This document shows positions 63,624-64,000 of a stretch of DNA of 64,000 nucleotides, piece by piece. How positions within the stretch are numbered: the stretch's first letter is position 1; each line of letters opens with the position of its first letter. The notes beneath the pieces are model-generated. The model searched no databases. It was not told where the DNA came from and was given only the letters and a program-made list of their open reading frames with translations. Position numbers and translations under genes: made by a program. The DNA comes from an uncultured Chlamydiae bacterium (GTDB taxonomy: Bacteria; Chlamydiota; Chlamydiia; Chlamydiales; JAJFMB01): positions 1 to 64,000 of the forward strand of contig CAVOJR010000002.1 in the NCBI GenBank assembly GCA_963696295.1. The letters run 5' to 3'.

Positions 63624-63651
63624 ACACAACATAATTATTATTATCAGTCTT
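63624..63651 (-). other. dif-like (XerC/XerD) site
   Basis: Minus strand AAGACTGATAA-TAATAA-TTATGTTGTGT. Confidence 0.6.
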
Positions 63652-63772
63652 TAATTTTACTGAGATTTAGGATCACCCTATCAGTAATTGACGGTCCAAT
63701 TTTCTCGGTAGTGTGACTTTTTCACTTAAATTGATGTCGAGATGAACCTCAGCAAATCCTTCTTTGCAAACA

Positions 63773-64000
63773 TCACTCCCCCAACCCAGCTGCAAGCAAT
63801 TCAAGATGCTGGCGGTTGCGCTGATAAAGCTTTGAATTTTTGGATTCCCAAGTCCCTCTTTTAACGGTAAAGCCAACTACAGCAACAGCTCGGCTTAAGC
63901 GCAAGAGAGGCATCACGGACTTGTAATCAGGGACTTTGCGGATGGAAGCATAACCTTGCAGGAAAGAGCTCTTACTGTTCACGCTATTTGGCCATTCTCC
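63773..64000 (-). CDS. 3' end of a gene entering from the right, possibly aminoglycoside-phosphotransferase-like
   Basis: Open frame from the window end; SFLQGYASIR motif. Confidence 0.35.
   Translation of the reverse strand, partial: GEWPNSVNSKSSFLQGYASIRKVPDYKSVMPLLRLSRAVAVVGFTVKRGTWESKNSKLYQRNRQHLELLAAGLGE

Noticed and set aside
1..64000. CRISPR array or cas genes
   Set aside because: No regularly spaced direct repeats seen; the RecB-like and helicase domains belong to non-Cas families
1..64000. Integron with attC cassettes
   Set aside because: No IntI-like integrase, and the recurring intergenic motif has an 11-6-11 dif layout rather than attC structure

Overview
Accessory/genomic-island region, most likely from an environmental Chlamydiota genome (inferred from DUF648-like and DUF2608-like proteins, HAF-repeat proteins and eukaryote-like effectors). 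After ~3 kb of ordinary genes (NADP oxidoreductase, DUF2490-like barrel, PuuE allantoinase) the window is a mosaic of four things. (1) Defence-type loci: an intact, tightly coupled six-gene cassette (Vsr, C5-methyltransferase, unknown protein, ParB-like, SNF2 ATPase, PD-(D/E)XK nuclease) that matches no system I can name; a TM0106 nuclease-helicase; Mrr; a GmrSD-like protein; an IrrE-peptidase/membrane pair; and a partly decayed ClpB-like ATPase / radical SAM / kinase-DUF4011-helicase operon. (2) Candidate host-directed effectors: three Myb/SANT-like paralogues, an ankyrin-metalloprotease, a USP deubiquitinase and a CX5R phosphatase-like protein. (3) An antibiotic-modification-like cluster between two resolvases. 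(4) Mobile-element debris: a tRNA-Leu 3' att remnant, integrase, IS3, IS91 and traD fragments. Several 28-bp XerC/XerD dif-like sites lie between the cargo modules. No CRISPR array, rRNA or complete tRNA was seen. All family assignments come from motif recognition by eye; no searches were run, and pseudogene coordinates are approximate.
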